From assembly GCF_032444005.1 (NCBI RefSeq), contig NC_091284.1:835140001-835204000 (forward strand): DNA of 64,000 nucleotides. Direction: 5' to 3'. The stretch's first letter is position 1. Every line of letters begins with the position of its first letter. A program made the position numbers and the translations under genes. Source of the stretch: Ranitomeya imitator. Lineage: Eukaryota. The notes beneath the pieces are model-generated. The model was not told the origin of the DNA. It saw only the letters and a list, made by a program, of their open reading frames with translations, and made no database searches. Below are positions 41,001-52,615 of the stretch, piece after piece.

Positions 41001-41949
41001 TGTGTACATACATTACTGATCCTGAGTTACATCCTGTATTATACCCCAGAGCTGCACTCACTGTTGTGCTGGTTGTGCGGTCCCTGTTTACATACATTAC
41101 ATTACTGATCCTGAGTTACATCCTGTATTATACCCCAGAGATGAACTCACTATTCTGCTGGAGCAGTCACTGTGTACATACATTACATTACTGATCCTGA
41201 GTTACATCCTGTATTATACCCCAGAGCTGCACTCACTATTCTGCTGGTGCAGTCACTGTGTACATACATTACTGATCCTGAGTTACCTCCTGTGTTATAC
41301 CCCAGAGCTGCACTCACTGTTCTGCTGGTGCAGTCACTGTGTACATACATTACATTACTGATCCTGAGTTACATCCTGTATTATACCCCAGAGCTGCACT
41401 CACTATTCTGCTGGTGCAGTCACTGTGTACATACATTACATTACTGATCCTGAGTTACATCCTGTATTATACTCCAGAGCTGCACTCACTATTCTGCTGG
41501 TGCAGTCACTGTGTACATACATTACATTACGGATCCTGAGTTACATCCTGTATTATACTCCAGAGCTGCACTCACTATTCTGCTGGTGCAGTCACTGTGT
41601 ACATACATTACATTACTGATCCTGAGTTACATCCTGTATTATACTCCAGAGCTGCACTCACTATTCTGCTGGTGCAGTCACTGTGTACATACATTACATT
41701 ACTGATCCTGAGTTACATCCTGTATTATACCCCAGAGCTGCACTCACTATTCTGCTGGTGCAGTCACTGTGTACATACATTACATTACTGATCCTGAGTT
41801 ACATCCTGTATTATACTCCAGAGCTGCACTCACTATTCTGCTGGTGCAGTCACTGTGTACATACATTACATTACGGATCCTGAGTTACATCCTGTATTAT
41901 ACTCCAGAGCTGCACTCACTATTCTGCTGGTGCAGTCACTGTGTACATA
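38093..41949 (+). repeat. 86-bp (81-bp variant) satellite, about 45 copies; last unit split by Tc1, remnant at 43555-43608
   Basis: ACTGATCCTGAGTTACATCCTGTATTATACTCCAGAGCTGCACTCACTATTCTGCTGGTGCAGTCACTGTGTACATACATTACATT; ORF track repeats every 86 nt. Confidence 0.97.
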
Positions 41950-43554
41950 CAGTGGGGCAAAAAAGTATTTAGTCAGTCAGCAATAGTGCAAGTTCCACCA
42001 CTTAAAAAGATGAGAGGCGTCTGTAATTTACATCATAGGTAGACCTCAACTATGGGAGACAAACTGAGAAAAAAAACCCCAGAAAATCACATTGTCTGTT
42101 TTTTTAACAATTTATTTGCATATTATGGTGGAAAATAAGTATTTGGTCAGAAACAAACAATCAAGATTTCTGGCTCTCACAGACCTGTAACTTCTTCTTT
42201 AAGAGTCTCCTCTTTCCTCCACTCATTACCTGTAGTAATGGCTCCTGTTTAAACTTGTTATCAGTATAAAAAGACACCTGTGCACACCCTCAAACAGTCT
42301 GACTCCAAACTCCACTATGGTGAAGACCAAAGAGCTGTCAAAGGACACCAGAAACAAAATTGTAGCCCTGCACCAGGCTGGGAAGACTGAATCTGCAATA
42401 CCCAACCAGCTTGGAGTGAAGAAATCAACAGTGGGAGCAATAATTAGAAAATGGAAGACATACAAGACCACTGATAATCTCCCTCAATCTGGGGCTCCAC
42501 GCAAAATCCCACCCCGTGGGGTCAGAATGATCACAAGAACGGTGAGCAAAAATCCCAGAACCACGCGGGGGGACCTAGTGAATGAACTGCAGAGAGCTGG
42601 GACCAATGTAACAAGGCCTACCATAAGTAACACACTATGCCACCATGGACTTAGATCCTGCAGTGCCAGACGTGTCCCACTGCTTAAGCCAGTACATGTC
42701 CGGGCCAGTCTGAAGTTTGCTAGAGAGCATTTGGATGATCCAGAGGAGTTTTGGGAGAATGTCCTATGGTCTGATGAAACCAAACTGGAACTGTTTGGTA
42801 GAAACACAACTTGTCGTGTTTGGAGGAAAAAGAATACTGAGTTGCATCCATCAAACACCATACCTACTGTAAAGCATGGTGGTGGAAACATCATGCTTTG
42901 GGGCTGTTTCTCTGCAAAGGGGCCAGGACGACTGATCCGGGTACATGAAAGAATGAATTGGGCCATGCAACGTGAGATTTTGAGTGCAAACCTCCTTCCA
43001 TCAGCAAGGGCATTGAAGATGAAACGTGGCTGGGTCTTTCAACATGACAATGATCCAAAGCACACCGCCAGGGCAACGAAGGAGTGGCTTCGTAAGAAGC
43101 ATTTCAAGGTCCTGGAGTGGCCTAGCCAGTCTCCAGATCTCAACCCTATAGAAAACATTTGGAGGGAGTTGAAAGTCCGTGTTGCCAAGCGAAAAGCCAA
43201 AAACATCACTGCTCTAGAGGAGATCTGCATGGAGGAATGGGCCAACATACCAACAACAGTGTGTGGCAACCTTGTGAAGACTTACAGAAAACGTTTGACC
43301 TCTGTCATTGCCAACAAAGGATATATTACAAAGTATTGAGATGAAATTTTGCTTCTGACCAAATACTTATTTTCCACCATAATATGCAAATAAAATGTTA
43401 AAAAAACAGACAATGTGATTTTCTGGATTTTTTTTCTCAGTTTGTCTCCCATAGTTGAGGTCTACCTGTGATGTAAATTACAGACGCCTCTCATCTTTTT
43501 AAGTGGTGGAACTTGCACTATTGCTGACTGACTAAATACTTTTTTGCCCCACTG
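41950..43554 (+). mobile_element. Tc1/mariner DD34E DNA transposon, full length (1605 bp), same family as 1021-2630
   Basis: TA|CAGTGGGGCAAAAAAG ... CTTTTTTGCCCCACTG|TA; TIRs about 205-210 bp. Confidence 0.97.
42317..43339 (+). CDS. Tc1 transposase, uninterrupted 340-aa ORF
   Basis: Paired-like HTH N-terminus; [13 protein letters not shown] and NPIEN with exactly 34 residues between the second D and E. Confidence 0.93.
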   Translation: MVKTKELSKDTRNKIVALHQAGKTESAIPNQLGVKKSTVGAIIRKWKTYKTTDNLPQSGAPRKIPPRGVRMITRTVSKNPRTTRGDLVNELQRAGTNVTRPTISNTLCHHGLRSCSARRVPLLKPVHVRASLKFAREHLDDPEEFWENVLWSDETKLELFGRNTTCRVWRKKNTELHPSNTIPTVKHGGGNIMLWGCFSAKGPGRLIRVHERMNWAMQREILSANLLPSARALKMKRGWVFQHDNDPKHTARATKEWLRKKHFKVLEWPSQSPDLNPIENIWRELKVRVAKRKAKNITALEEICMEEWANIPTTVCGNLVKTYRKRLTSVIANKGYITKY

Positions 43555-43610
43555 TACATTACTGATCCTGAGTTACATCCTGTATTATACTCCAGAGCTG
43601 TACTCAGTAT

Positions 43611-43897
43611 TTGTTACTTTCTTATAAAGGTGCTAATATTTCCACAGCGCTGTACATACATTATGATCACTGTCCCCATTGGGGCTCAGAATGTAAATTA
43701 CCTATCAGTATGTCTTTGGAGTATGGGAGAAAACAACAGCACCTGGTGTTAACGCACTCAAAACACTGGGAGAACATACAAACTGTTTGCAAATGTTGTT
43801 CTTGGCGGGATGTGAACACAGGATTCCATTGCTGCAAAGCAACAGTGCTAACCACTGAGCCACCTTGCAGTGCTGACCACTGAGCCACCGTGCTGCC
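43611..43897 (-). mobile_element. tRNA-derived SINE with L2-like 3' tail
   Basis: Minus strand GGCAGCACGGTGGCTCAGTGG (A-box-like, duplicated), body ...GTTTGTATGTTCTCCC..., tail TGTACAGCGCTGTGGAAATATTAGCACC. Confidence 0.7.
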
Positions 43898-44050
43898 ATT
43901 CTGTTGATCGTCCCTTCAGCACAGCACTTGTGAAGTGTCGGCTCAGGGTCCATCATAAACCGACCTGTTGTACCTTTTATTGTCAGGGAATATTGACCGA
44001 ACAGACAAAGTTCAGGACGACGTCAGATTAATGATCGGTTTGATCAAATA

Positions 44051-45576
44051 CACTGCTCAAAAAAACTAAAAGGAACTCTAAAGCAACAGAATATAACTCC
44101 AAGTAAATCAAACTTCTGTGAAACCAAACTGTCCACTTAGGAAGCAACACTGATTGACAATCAATTTCACATGCTGTTGTGCAAATGGAATAGATGGAAA
44201 TTATTGTCAATTATCAAGACCCCCTCAATAAAGGAGCGGTTCTGCAGGTGGGGACCACAGTCCACATCTCAGTACCAATGCTTTCTGGCTGATGTTTTGG
44301 TCACTTTTGAATGTTGGTTGTGCTTTCACACTCGTGGTAGTATGAGACGGACTCTACAACCCGCACAAGTGGCTCAGGTAGTGCAGCTCATCTAGGATGG
44401 CATATCAATGCGAGCTGTGGCAAGGATTGCTGTGTCTGTCAGTATAGTGTCCAGAGGCTCTACCAGGAGACAGACCAGTACACCAGGAGACGTAGAGGGG
44501 GCCATAGGAGGGCAACAACCCAGCAGCAGGACCGCTACCTCAGCCTTTGTGCAAGGAAGAACAGGAGGAGCACTGCCAGAGCCCTGCAAAATGACCTCCA
44601 GCAGGACACAAATGTGCATGTGTCTGCACAAACGGTTAAAAACGACTCCATGAGGATGGTCTGAGTGCCCGACGTTCACAGATGGGGGTTGTGCTCACTG
44701 CCCAACACCGTGCAGGACACTTGGCATTTGCCACAGAACACCAGGATTGGCAAATTCACCACTGGTGCCCTGTGCTCTTCACAGATGAAAGCAGGTTCAC
44801 ACTTGAGCACATGTGACAGAGTCTGGAGACGCCGTGGAGAGCGATCTGCTGCCTGCAACATCCTTCAGCATGACCGGTTAGGCAGTGGGTCAGTAATGGT
44901 GTGGGGTGGCATTTCTTTGGAGGGCCGCACAGCCCTCCATGTGCTCGCCAGAGGTAGCCTGACTGCCATTAGGTACCGAGATGAGATCCTCAGACCCCTT
45001 GTGAGACCATATGCTGGTGCGGTTGGCCCTGGGTTCCTCCTAATGCAGGACAATGCCAGACCTCATGTGGCTGGAGTGTGTCAGCAGTTCCTGCAAGATG
45101 AAGGCATTGAAGCTATGGACTGGCCGCCCGTTCCACAGACCTGAATCCGATTGAGCACATCTGGGACATCATGTCTCGCTCCATCCACCAATGTCACGTT
45201 GCACTACAGACTGTCCAGGAGTTGGCGGATGCTTTAGTCCAGGTCTGGGAGGAGATCCCTCAGGAGACCATCTGCCGCCTCATCAGGAGCATGCCCAGGC
45301 GTTGTAGGGAGGTCATACAGGCACGTGGAGGCCACACACACTACTGAGCATCATTTCTTGTCATGAGGCATTTCCTCTGAAGTTGGATCAACCTGTAACT
45401 TCATTTTCCACTTTGATTTTGAGCATCATTCCAACTTCAGACATCCGTGGGATATTAGTTGTGATTTACATTGATCATTTTTAGGTTTTATTGTGCTCAA
45501 CACATTTCACTATGTAATGAATAAAGATTTACAACTGGAATATTTCATTCAGTGATATCTAGGATGTGGGATTGTG
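44051..45576 (+). mobile_element. Decayed Tc1-like transposon of a second family; right TIR largely deleted
   Basis: TA|CACTGCTCAAAAAAA left end; ends ...AGGATGTGGGATTGTG|TA with most of the right TIR missing. Confidence 0.85.
44342..45347 (+). pseudogene. Tc1-like transposase pseudogene (stops and frameshifts)
   Basis: [17 protein letters not shown], ...VMVWGGIS..., MQDNARPH, shifted DLNPIEHIW, ending ARGGHTHY*. Confidence 0.88.
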
Positions 45577-46405
45577 TATAGTAAGTCTGGAAATTAGGAA
45601 AGGGTTAAGAAAATGTCAGTAAAGAAAACTGATACATTGTTTAATACCAGACACAGAACTTGAGGGGGGCTGAGCATGAGATAATGACCCCCAAAAATGA
45701 TATTTCCATGTTATGCCCCGCCCTTTTGGCACTTAGAGGTGAAGAATTTGTTAATTAAACTGTTCATGCAGTGTTAGAAAACGTATCCCAAGTTACACAA
45801 GTACATCAGAGATTTTGGATGGGAGGGGTCTGGGAGCTGAGACCCCCCAGCAATCGAAAAAGCAAATGATCAGAAGCTTTCAGCGGAGGTCTGCTCTCCC
45901 CCGAAACCTGAGGAGTAAGTGGAAATAAAAGGAGTTTTCAGCCCCTGACGATCATTTCTGCTCATTTATTTCATTGATCGCTAGGGGTCTCGCCTCCCAG
46001 ACCCCCAACAACTGAAACCTGGAAAATATAGCACCTCAGAAGTGCAGACGGCAGCAGGGACCCGTGGAGCGAAAGGGGCTGACCAATGTTACAGGAACAT
46101 GGCTGATTTCTTCTATAAACAGCGCCACCCAAGTCCACAGGTTGTGTGTGGTATAGCAGCTCAGCTGCACTGAGGTGAGTGGTCAGCGGTGACAACCTGT
46201 GGCCAGGAGGAGCGGCGTACTGGAGGAAGCAGCCATGGGTTTTGGTTTTCCACCATATTCTGGACTATGTTGTCGGATCCTTGGGAAACGAACAAAAGCA
46301 GCTTCCTTCTGGGCATCGAAGAGTCGCACGGTGGAGCCCCGGGCAGCCATAAGGGCCACGTCTAGTGCTCCGGTGGCCGCCGTCACTCCGAGGACTCCTG
46401 ATCCT

Positions 46406-49400
46406 TAATAACAGGATCCGCGGAGATTACTGTACTTGTCTTTATTATGTACACCCCTCCTCACATGTACAGCGCCATGGAATAAATGGCGCTATAATAA
46501 TAATAACAGATGGAGAACACAAGGCGGCGGCTTTATCCGCGGAGATTACTGTACCTGTTTATTATGTATACCCCTCCTCACATGTACAGCGCCATGGAAT
46601 AAATGGCGCTATAATAACAGATGGAGAACACAAGGCGGCGGCTTTATCCGCGGAGATTACTGTACTTGTCTTTATTATGTACACCCCTCCTCACATGTAC
46701 CGCGCCATGGAATAAATGGCGCTATAATAATAATAACAGATGGAGAACACAAGGCGGCGGCTTTATCCGCGGAGATTACTGTACCTGTTTATTATGTATA
46801 CCCCTCCTCACATGTACAGCGCCATGGAATAAATGGCGCTATAATAACAGATGGAGAACACAAGGCGGCGGCTTTATCCGCGGAGATTACTGTACCTGTT
46901 TATTATGTACACCCCTCCTCACATGTACAGCGCCATGGAATAAATGGCGCTATAATAATAATAACAGATGGAGAACACAAGGCGGCGGCTTCATCCGCGG
47001 AGATTACTGTACTTGTCTTTATTATGTACACCCCTCCTCACATGTACCGCGCCATGGAATAAATGGCGCTATAATAATAATAACAGATGGAGAACACAAG
47101 GCGGCGGCTTCATCCGCGGAGATTACTGTACCTGTTTATTATGTATACCCCTCCTCATATGTACAGCGCCATGGAATAAATGGCGCTATAATAATAACAG
47201 ATGGAGAACACAAGGCGGCGGCTTTATCCGCGGAGATTACTGTACCTGTTTATTATGTATACCCCTCCTCACATGTACAGCGCCATGGAATAAATGGCGC
47301 TATAATAATAACAGATGGAGAACACAAGGTGGCGGCTTCATCCGCGGCGATTACTGTACCTGTTTATTATGTACACCCCTCCTCACATGTACAGCGCCAT
47401 GGAATAAATGGCGCTATAATAATAATAACAGATGGAGAACACAAGGCGGCGGCTTCATCCGCGGAGATTACTGTACCTGTCTATTATGTACACCCCTCCT
47501 CACATGTACAGCGCCATGGAATAAATGGCGCTATAATAATAATAACAGATGGAGAACACAAGGCGGCGGCTTCATCCGCGGAGATTACTGTACCTGTTTA
47601 TTATGTACACCCCTCCTCACATGTACAGCGCCATGGAATAAATGGCGCTATAATAATAATAACAGATGGAGAACACAAGGCGGCGGCTTCATCCGCGGAG
47701 ATTACTGCACTTGTCTTTATTATGTATACCCCTCCTCACATGTACAGCGCCATGGAATAAATGGCGCTATAATAATAACAGATGGAGAACACAAGGCGGC
47801 GGCTTCATCCGCGGAGATTACTGTACCTGTCTATTATGTATACCCCTCCTCACATGTACAGCGCCATGGAATAAATGGCGCTATAATAATAATAACAGAT
47901 GGAGAACACAAGGCGGCGGCTTTATCCGCGGAGATTACTGTACTTGTCTTTATTATGTATACCCCTCCTCACATGTACAGCGCCATGGAATAAATGGCGC
48001 TATAATAATAACAGATGGAGAACACAAGGCGGCGGCTTTATCCGCGGAGATTACTGTACTTGTCTTTATTATGTACACCCCTCCTCACATGTACAGCGCC
48101 ATGGAATAAATGGCGCTATAATAATAACAGATGGAGAACACAAGGTGGCGGCTTCATCCGCGGAGATTACTGTACCTGTCTATTATGTATACCCCTCCTC
48201 ACATGTACAGCGCCATGGAATAAATGGCGCTATAATAATAACAGATGGAGAACACAAGGTGGCGGCTTCATCCGCGGCGATTACTGTACCTGTCTATTAT
48301 GTACACCCCTCCTCACATGTACAGCGCCATGGAATAAATGGCGCTATAATAATAACAGATGGAGAACACAAGGTGGCGGCTTTATCCGCGGAGATTACTG
48401 TACTTGTCTTTATTATGTACACCCCTCCTCACATGTACCGCGCCATGGAATAAATGGCGCTATAATAATAACAGATGGAGAACACAAGGCGGCGGCTTCA
48501 TCCGCGGAGATTACTGTACCTGTCTATCATGTACACCCCTCCTCACATGTACAGCGCCATGGAATAAATGGCGCTATAATAATAATAACAGATGGAGAAC
48601 ACAAGGCGGCGGCTTCATCCGCGGAGATTACTGTACCTGTCTATTATGTACACCCCTCCTCACATGTACAGCGCCATGGAATAAATGGCGCTATAATAAT
48701 AACAGATGGAGAACACAAGGCGGCGGCTTCATCCGCGGAGATTACTGTACCTGTCTATCATGTACACCCCTCCTCACATGTACAGCGCCATGGAATAAAT
48801 GGCGCTATAATAATAATAACAGATGGAGAACACAAGGCGGCGGCTTCATCCGCGGAGATTACTGTACTTGTCTTTATTATGTATACCCCTCCTCACATGT
48901 ACAGCGCCATGGAATAAATGGCGCTATAATAACAGATGGAGAACACAAGGCGGCGGCTTCATCCGTGGAGATTACTGTACCTGTCTTTATTATGTATACC
49001 CCTCCTCACATGTACAGCGCCATGGAATAAATGGCGCTATAATAACAGATGGAGAACACAAGGCGGCGGCTTCATCCGCGGAGATTACTGTGCTTGTCTA
49101 TCATGTACACCCCTCCTCACATGTACAGCGCCATGGAATAAATGGCGCTATAATAATAACAGATGGAGAACACAAGGCGGCGGCTTCATCCGCGGAGATT
49201 ACTGTACCTATCATGTACACCCCTCCTCACATGTACAGCGCCATGGAATAAATGGCGCTATAATAACAGATGGAGAACACAAGGTGGCGGCTTCATCCGC
49301 GGAGATTACTGTGCTTGTCTTTATTATGTACACCCCTCCTCACATGTACAGCGCCATGGAATAAATGGCGCTATAATAATAATAACAGATGGAGAACACA

Positions 49401-49545
49401 AGGTGGCGGCTTCATCCGCGGAGATTACTGTACCTGTCTATTATGTACACCCCTCCTCACATGTACAGCGCCATGGAATAAATGGCGCTATAATAATAAT
49501 AACAGATGGAGAACACAAGGTGGCGGCTTTATCCGCGGAGATTAC
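46406..49545 (+). repeat. About 110-119-bp satellite, about 27 copies, each carrying an L2 3' stem-loop and (TAA)n tail
   Basis: Unit CCGCGGAGATTACTGTACTTGTCTTTATTATGTACACCCCTCCTCACATGTACAGCGCCATGGAATAAATGGCGCTA(TAA)nCAGATGGAGAACACAAGGCGGCGGCTT(C/T)AT. Confidence 0.95.
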
Positions 49546-50309
49546 ACCCACAGGACGCTAGGGGCGCTAAGGTTAGCGTTCTGTGACCAGAGTAGGGTGG
49601 GGCTGGAATCATCCATAAAGTCACATGTTGCGACCCGTTTTGCACTTCTATTTGGGGACGGGGGTTAATTTCGGGAAGCTGAAGGGGCCAATGCGTCCCA
49701 AAGGGCGCGATCCTGTTTTGGAAATATATGTAAGACCCCCTCCTCCGCCGATCACTGGCCCAGTGTTGTTGTCTGGGGCGAGCAGCGGTGACATCACAAG
49801 TGGCGTCTGTTCAGCCAAACATCTGCTCCAAATTAATATCCCAAATATAAGAGGGGTGAGGTGTGGGGGAGGGGCGGCAGCCGAAGGAACCAATGTAATA
49901 TGGAAAGGAGGGGAAGTTTAATAAGCCCCAGGAGCCACTCCGCCCGGGCCGGGACCTCCAGCCGAGCGCCCCCCAACCCAAAAAATATGGAATATTAACC
50001 TCAAACTGGAGACAAGGCGTTACCTTGTATCACACAGCAAGAAAGGGGGCACTACCAGGACTGGACTTAACCCATGTAGTGCCAGGGTGTCAGCACACCA
50101 CTGGCCGGTGACATTCACATTGTTTCTATGGTCCCTGGATGACCCTGAAAAAACACAGCAAGATGGATTCAATCCAGGGAACGTTCTAGAAATCTCCTGC
50201 CATTGAAAATAATAAGAAATGGTTACTAATCTTCTAGTATAACAAAGAAATGAGGTTTAAAGGTGAGAAAAGAGCAGAGTCCAAACTGCCCAACACTTGT
50301 GTCAGCGGA

Positions 50310-51800
50310 GTCCTAACCACCCGGGTCAGAGGAGCTCAGACCACCCGGCACCAAGGAAATAGGAGCCCTGTCCACCCAGAACCTGGGACAGAGGAAGCCC
50401 AGACCACCCGGGACCAAGAACAGAGGAGCCCTGACCACCTGTCACCCAGGAAGGAAGAGTCCTGACCACGTGGGTTGGAGGAGCCCTGACCACCTCATAC
50501 CAGGGACGGAGGAGCCCAGACCACCAGGCACTCGGGACGGAGGAAGCCCAGACCACCAGGCACCCGGGACAGAGGAGCCCAGACCACCAGGCATCCGGGA
50601 CGATGGAAGCCCCGACCACCAGGCACCCGGGACAGAGGAAGCCCAGACCACCAGGCACCCGGGACAGAGGAGCCCAGACCACCAGGCATCCGGGACGATG
50701 GAAGCCCCGACCACCAGGCACCCGGGACAGAGGAAGCCCAGACCACCAGGCACCCGGGACAGAGGAAGCCCAGACCACCCGGGACCAAGGACAGAGGAGC
50801 CCTGACCACCTGTCACCCAGGAAGGAAAAGTTCTGACCACGTGGGTTGGAGGAGCCCTGACCTCTTCGCACCAGGGATGGAGGAGCCCAGACCACCAGGC
50901 ACCCGGGACAGAGGAAGCCCAGACCACCCGGCACCAATGACAGAGGAGCCCCGTCCACCCAGAACCTGGGACAGAGGAAGCCCAGACCACCCGGGACCAA
51001 GGACAGAGGAGCCCTGACCACCTGTTACCCAGGAAGGAAGAGTCCTGACCACGTGGGTTGGAGGAGCCCTGACCTCTTCGCACCAGGGATGGAGGAGCCA
51101 AGACCACCAGGCACCCGGGACGGAGGAAGCCCGGACCACCAGGCACCCGGGACGAAGGAAGCCTAGACCACCAGGCACCCGGGACGGAGGAAGCCCAGGC
51201 CACCAGACACCCGGGACAGAGGAAGCCCAGGCCACCAGACACCCGGGACAGAGGAAGCCCAGACCACCAGGAACTTGGGACAGGGGAAGTCCAGACCACC
51301 AGGAACCCGGGACAGGGGAAGTCCAGACCACCAGGCACCCGGGACGGAGGAAGCCCAGACCACCAGGCACCCGGGACGGAGGAAACCCAAACAACCAGGC
51401 ACCCGGGAAGGAGGAAGCCCAGACCACCAGACACCCGGGACAGAGGAAGCCCAGGCCACCAGACACCCGGGACAGAGGAAGCCCAGGCCACCAGACACCC
51501 GGGACAGAGGAAGCCCAGACCACCAGGCACCCGGGACGGAGGAGCCCAGACCACCATGAACCCGGGACGGAGGAGCCCTGAACCACCAGGCACCCGACCA
51601 TCCTGCACCCTGAGTGGAGTAGTCCTGACCTGGGACAGAGGTTGTCCTGACTATCTGGCACCCAGGACAGAATATCCCTGACCACACAGCACCCAACAGC
51701 TATGAGCAGTGACGACAGAGAATTCCTGACTACCAAACACCCAGGAGTCCTGACCACCCTGAACCAGGGACAGAACTGCCATGACCACCCTGGATGGAGG
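50310..51800 (+). repeat. About 29-32-bp GC-rich minisatellite with higher-order blocks (CCAGACCACCAGGCACCCGGGACAGAGGAAGC)
   Basis: Periodic core; the CAGGAAGGAA..CTGACCACGTGGGTTGGAGGAGCCCTGACC block recurs near 50446, 50817 and 51029. Confidence 0.9.
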
Positions 51801-52289
51801 AGCTCTGACCACTGGGCCCCCGGGATGGAGGAGCAGTGCGAATCTCTCTTCTGTTCTGGACTAACAGCTCTCCGCTACACTGATCCATTGTAACAAACCC
51901 TCGCTGTGGTATCTCTTAGGACCAGGGGTGTTCAGGCTGTGGATGTAAATAATGTTACCATTCCCTGACAGTGAGCAGGTGAGGTGTATAACCAGGATGT
52001 CGTATGTAAACCTGGAGACGCTCTATTCCAGGGGCCACGGACCCCACGCAGGAAGGTCCCTGAAGACCAAGAAAGTGCAGGAGACGTCTGGGCGCTGACG
52101 TGAGGTTTATGTGTATACAGAGCACAGCCCCATCATCCCCGATCAGCTGATAATTGTTCCATGTTCATTCCCATATAAATGAATTCCTGGGAGCAGCACT
52201 ACAGCCTGGTTACCATGGATACACTGGATACAATGTAACAAGCGAGGTTGTCAGGCAGAGAGTCTCAAACACTGACATGGGGCAGAGGA

Positions 52290-52615
52290 AGACCGGATGC
52301 GTCTCCTCCGGTACGTGCGGGCCGGACGCGTCTCCTCCGGTACGTAGGGGCCGGACGCGTCTCCTCCGGTACGTAGGGGCCGGACGCGTCTCCTCCGGTA
52401 CGTACGGGCCGGACGCGTCTCCTCCGGTACGTACGGGCCGGACGCGTCTCCTCCGGTACGTAGGGGCCGGTCGCGTCTCCTCCGGTTCGTAGGGGCCGGA
52501 CGCGTCTCCTCCGGTACGTACGGACCGGACGCGTCTTCTCCGGTACGGACGGGCCAGACACGTTTCCTCCGGTACGTACGGACCAGACGCGTCTTCTCCG
52601 GTACGTATGGGCCGG
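52290..52615 (+). repeat. 29-bp CpG-dense minisatellite (GGCCGGACGCGTCTCCTCCGGTACGTA(C/G)G), about 11 copies
   Basis: Period 29 (52321 to 52350). Confidence 0.93.

Noticed and set aside
38099-41972. Dozens of near-identical 64-aa ORFs; superficially CRISPR-like regularity
   Set aside because: Satellite units with no unique spacers and no cas genes; eukaryotic DNA.
46183-46408. GC-rich ORFs on both strands (67 and 69 aa)
   Set aside because: No recognisable homology or exon pair; the adjacent GTGAGT lies in a decayed MITE-like sequence.
46365-49668. Long overlapping ORFs (up to 379 aa)
   Set aside because: Artefacts of the L2-tail satellite; frames shift with (TAA)n length.
50326-51757. Pro/Gly/Trp-rich ORFs of 231-388 aa
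   Set aside because: Minisatellite translations.
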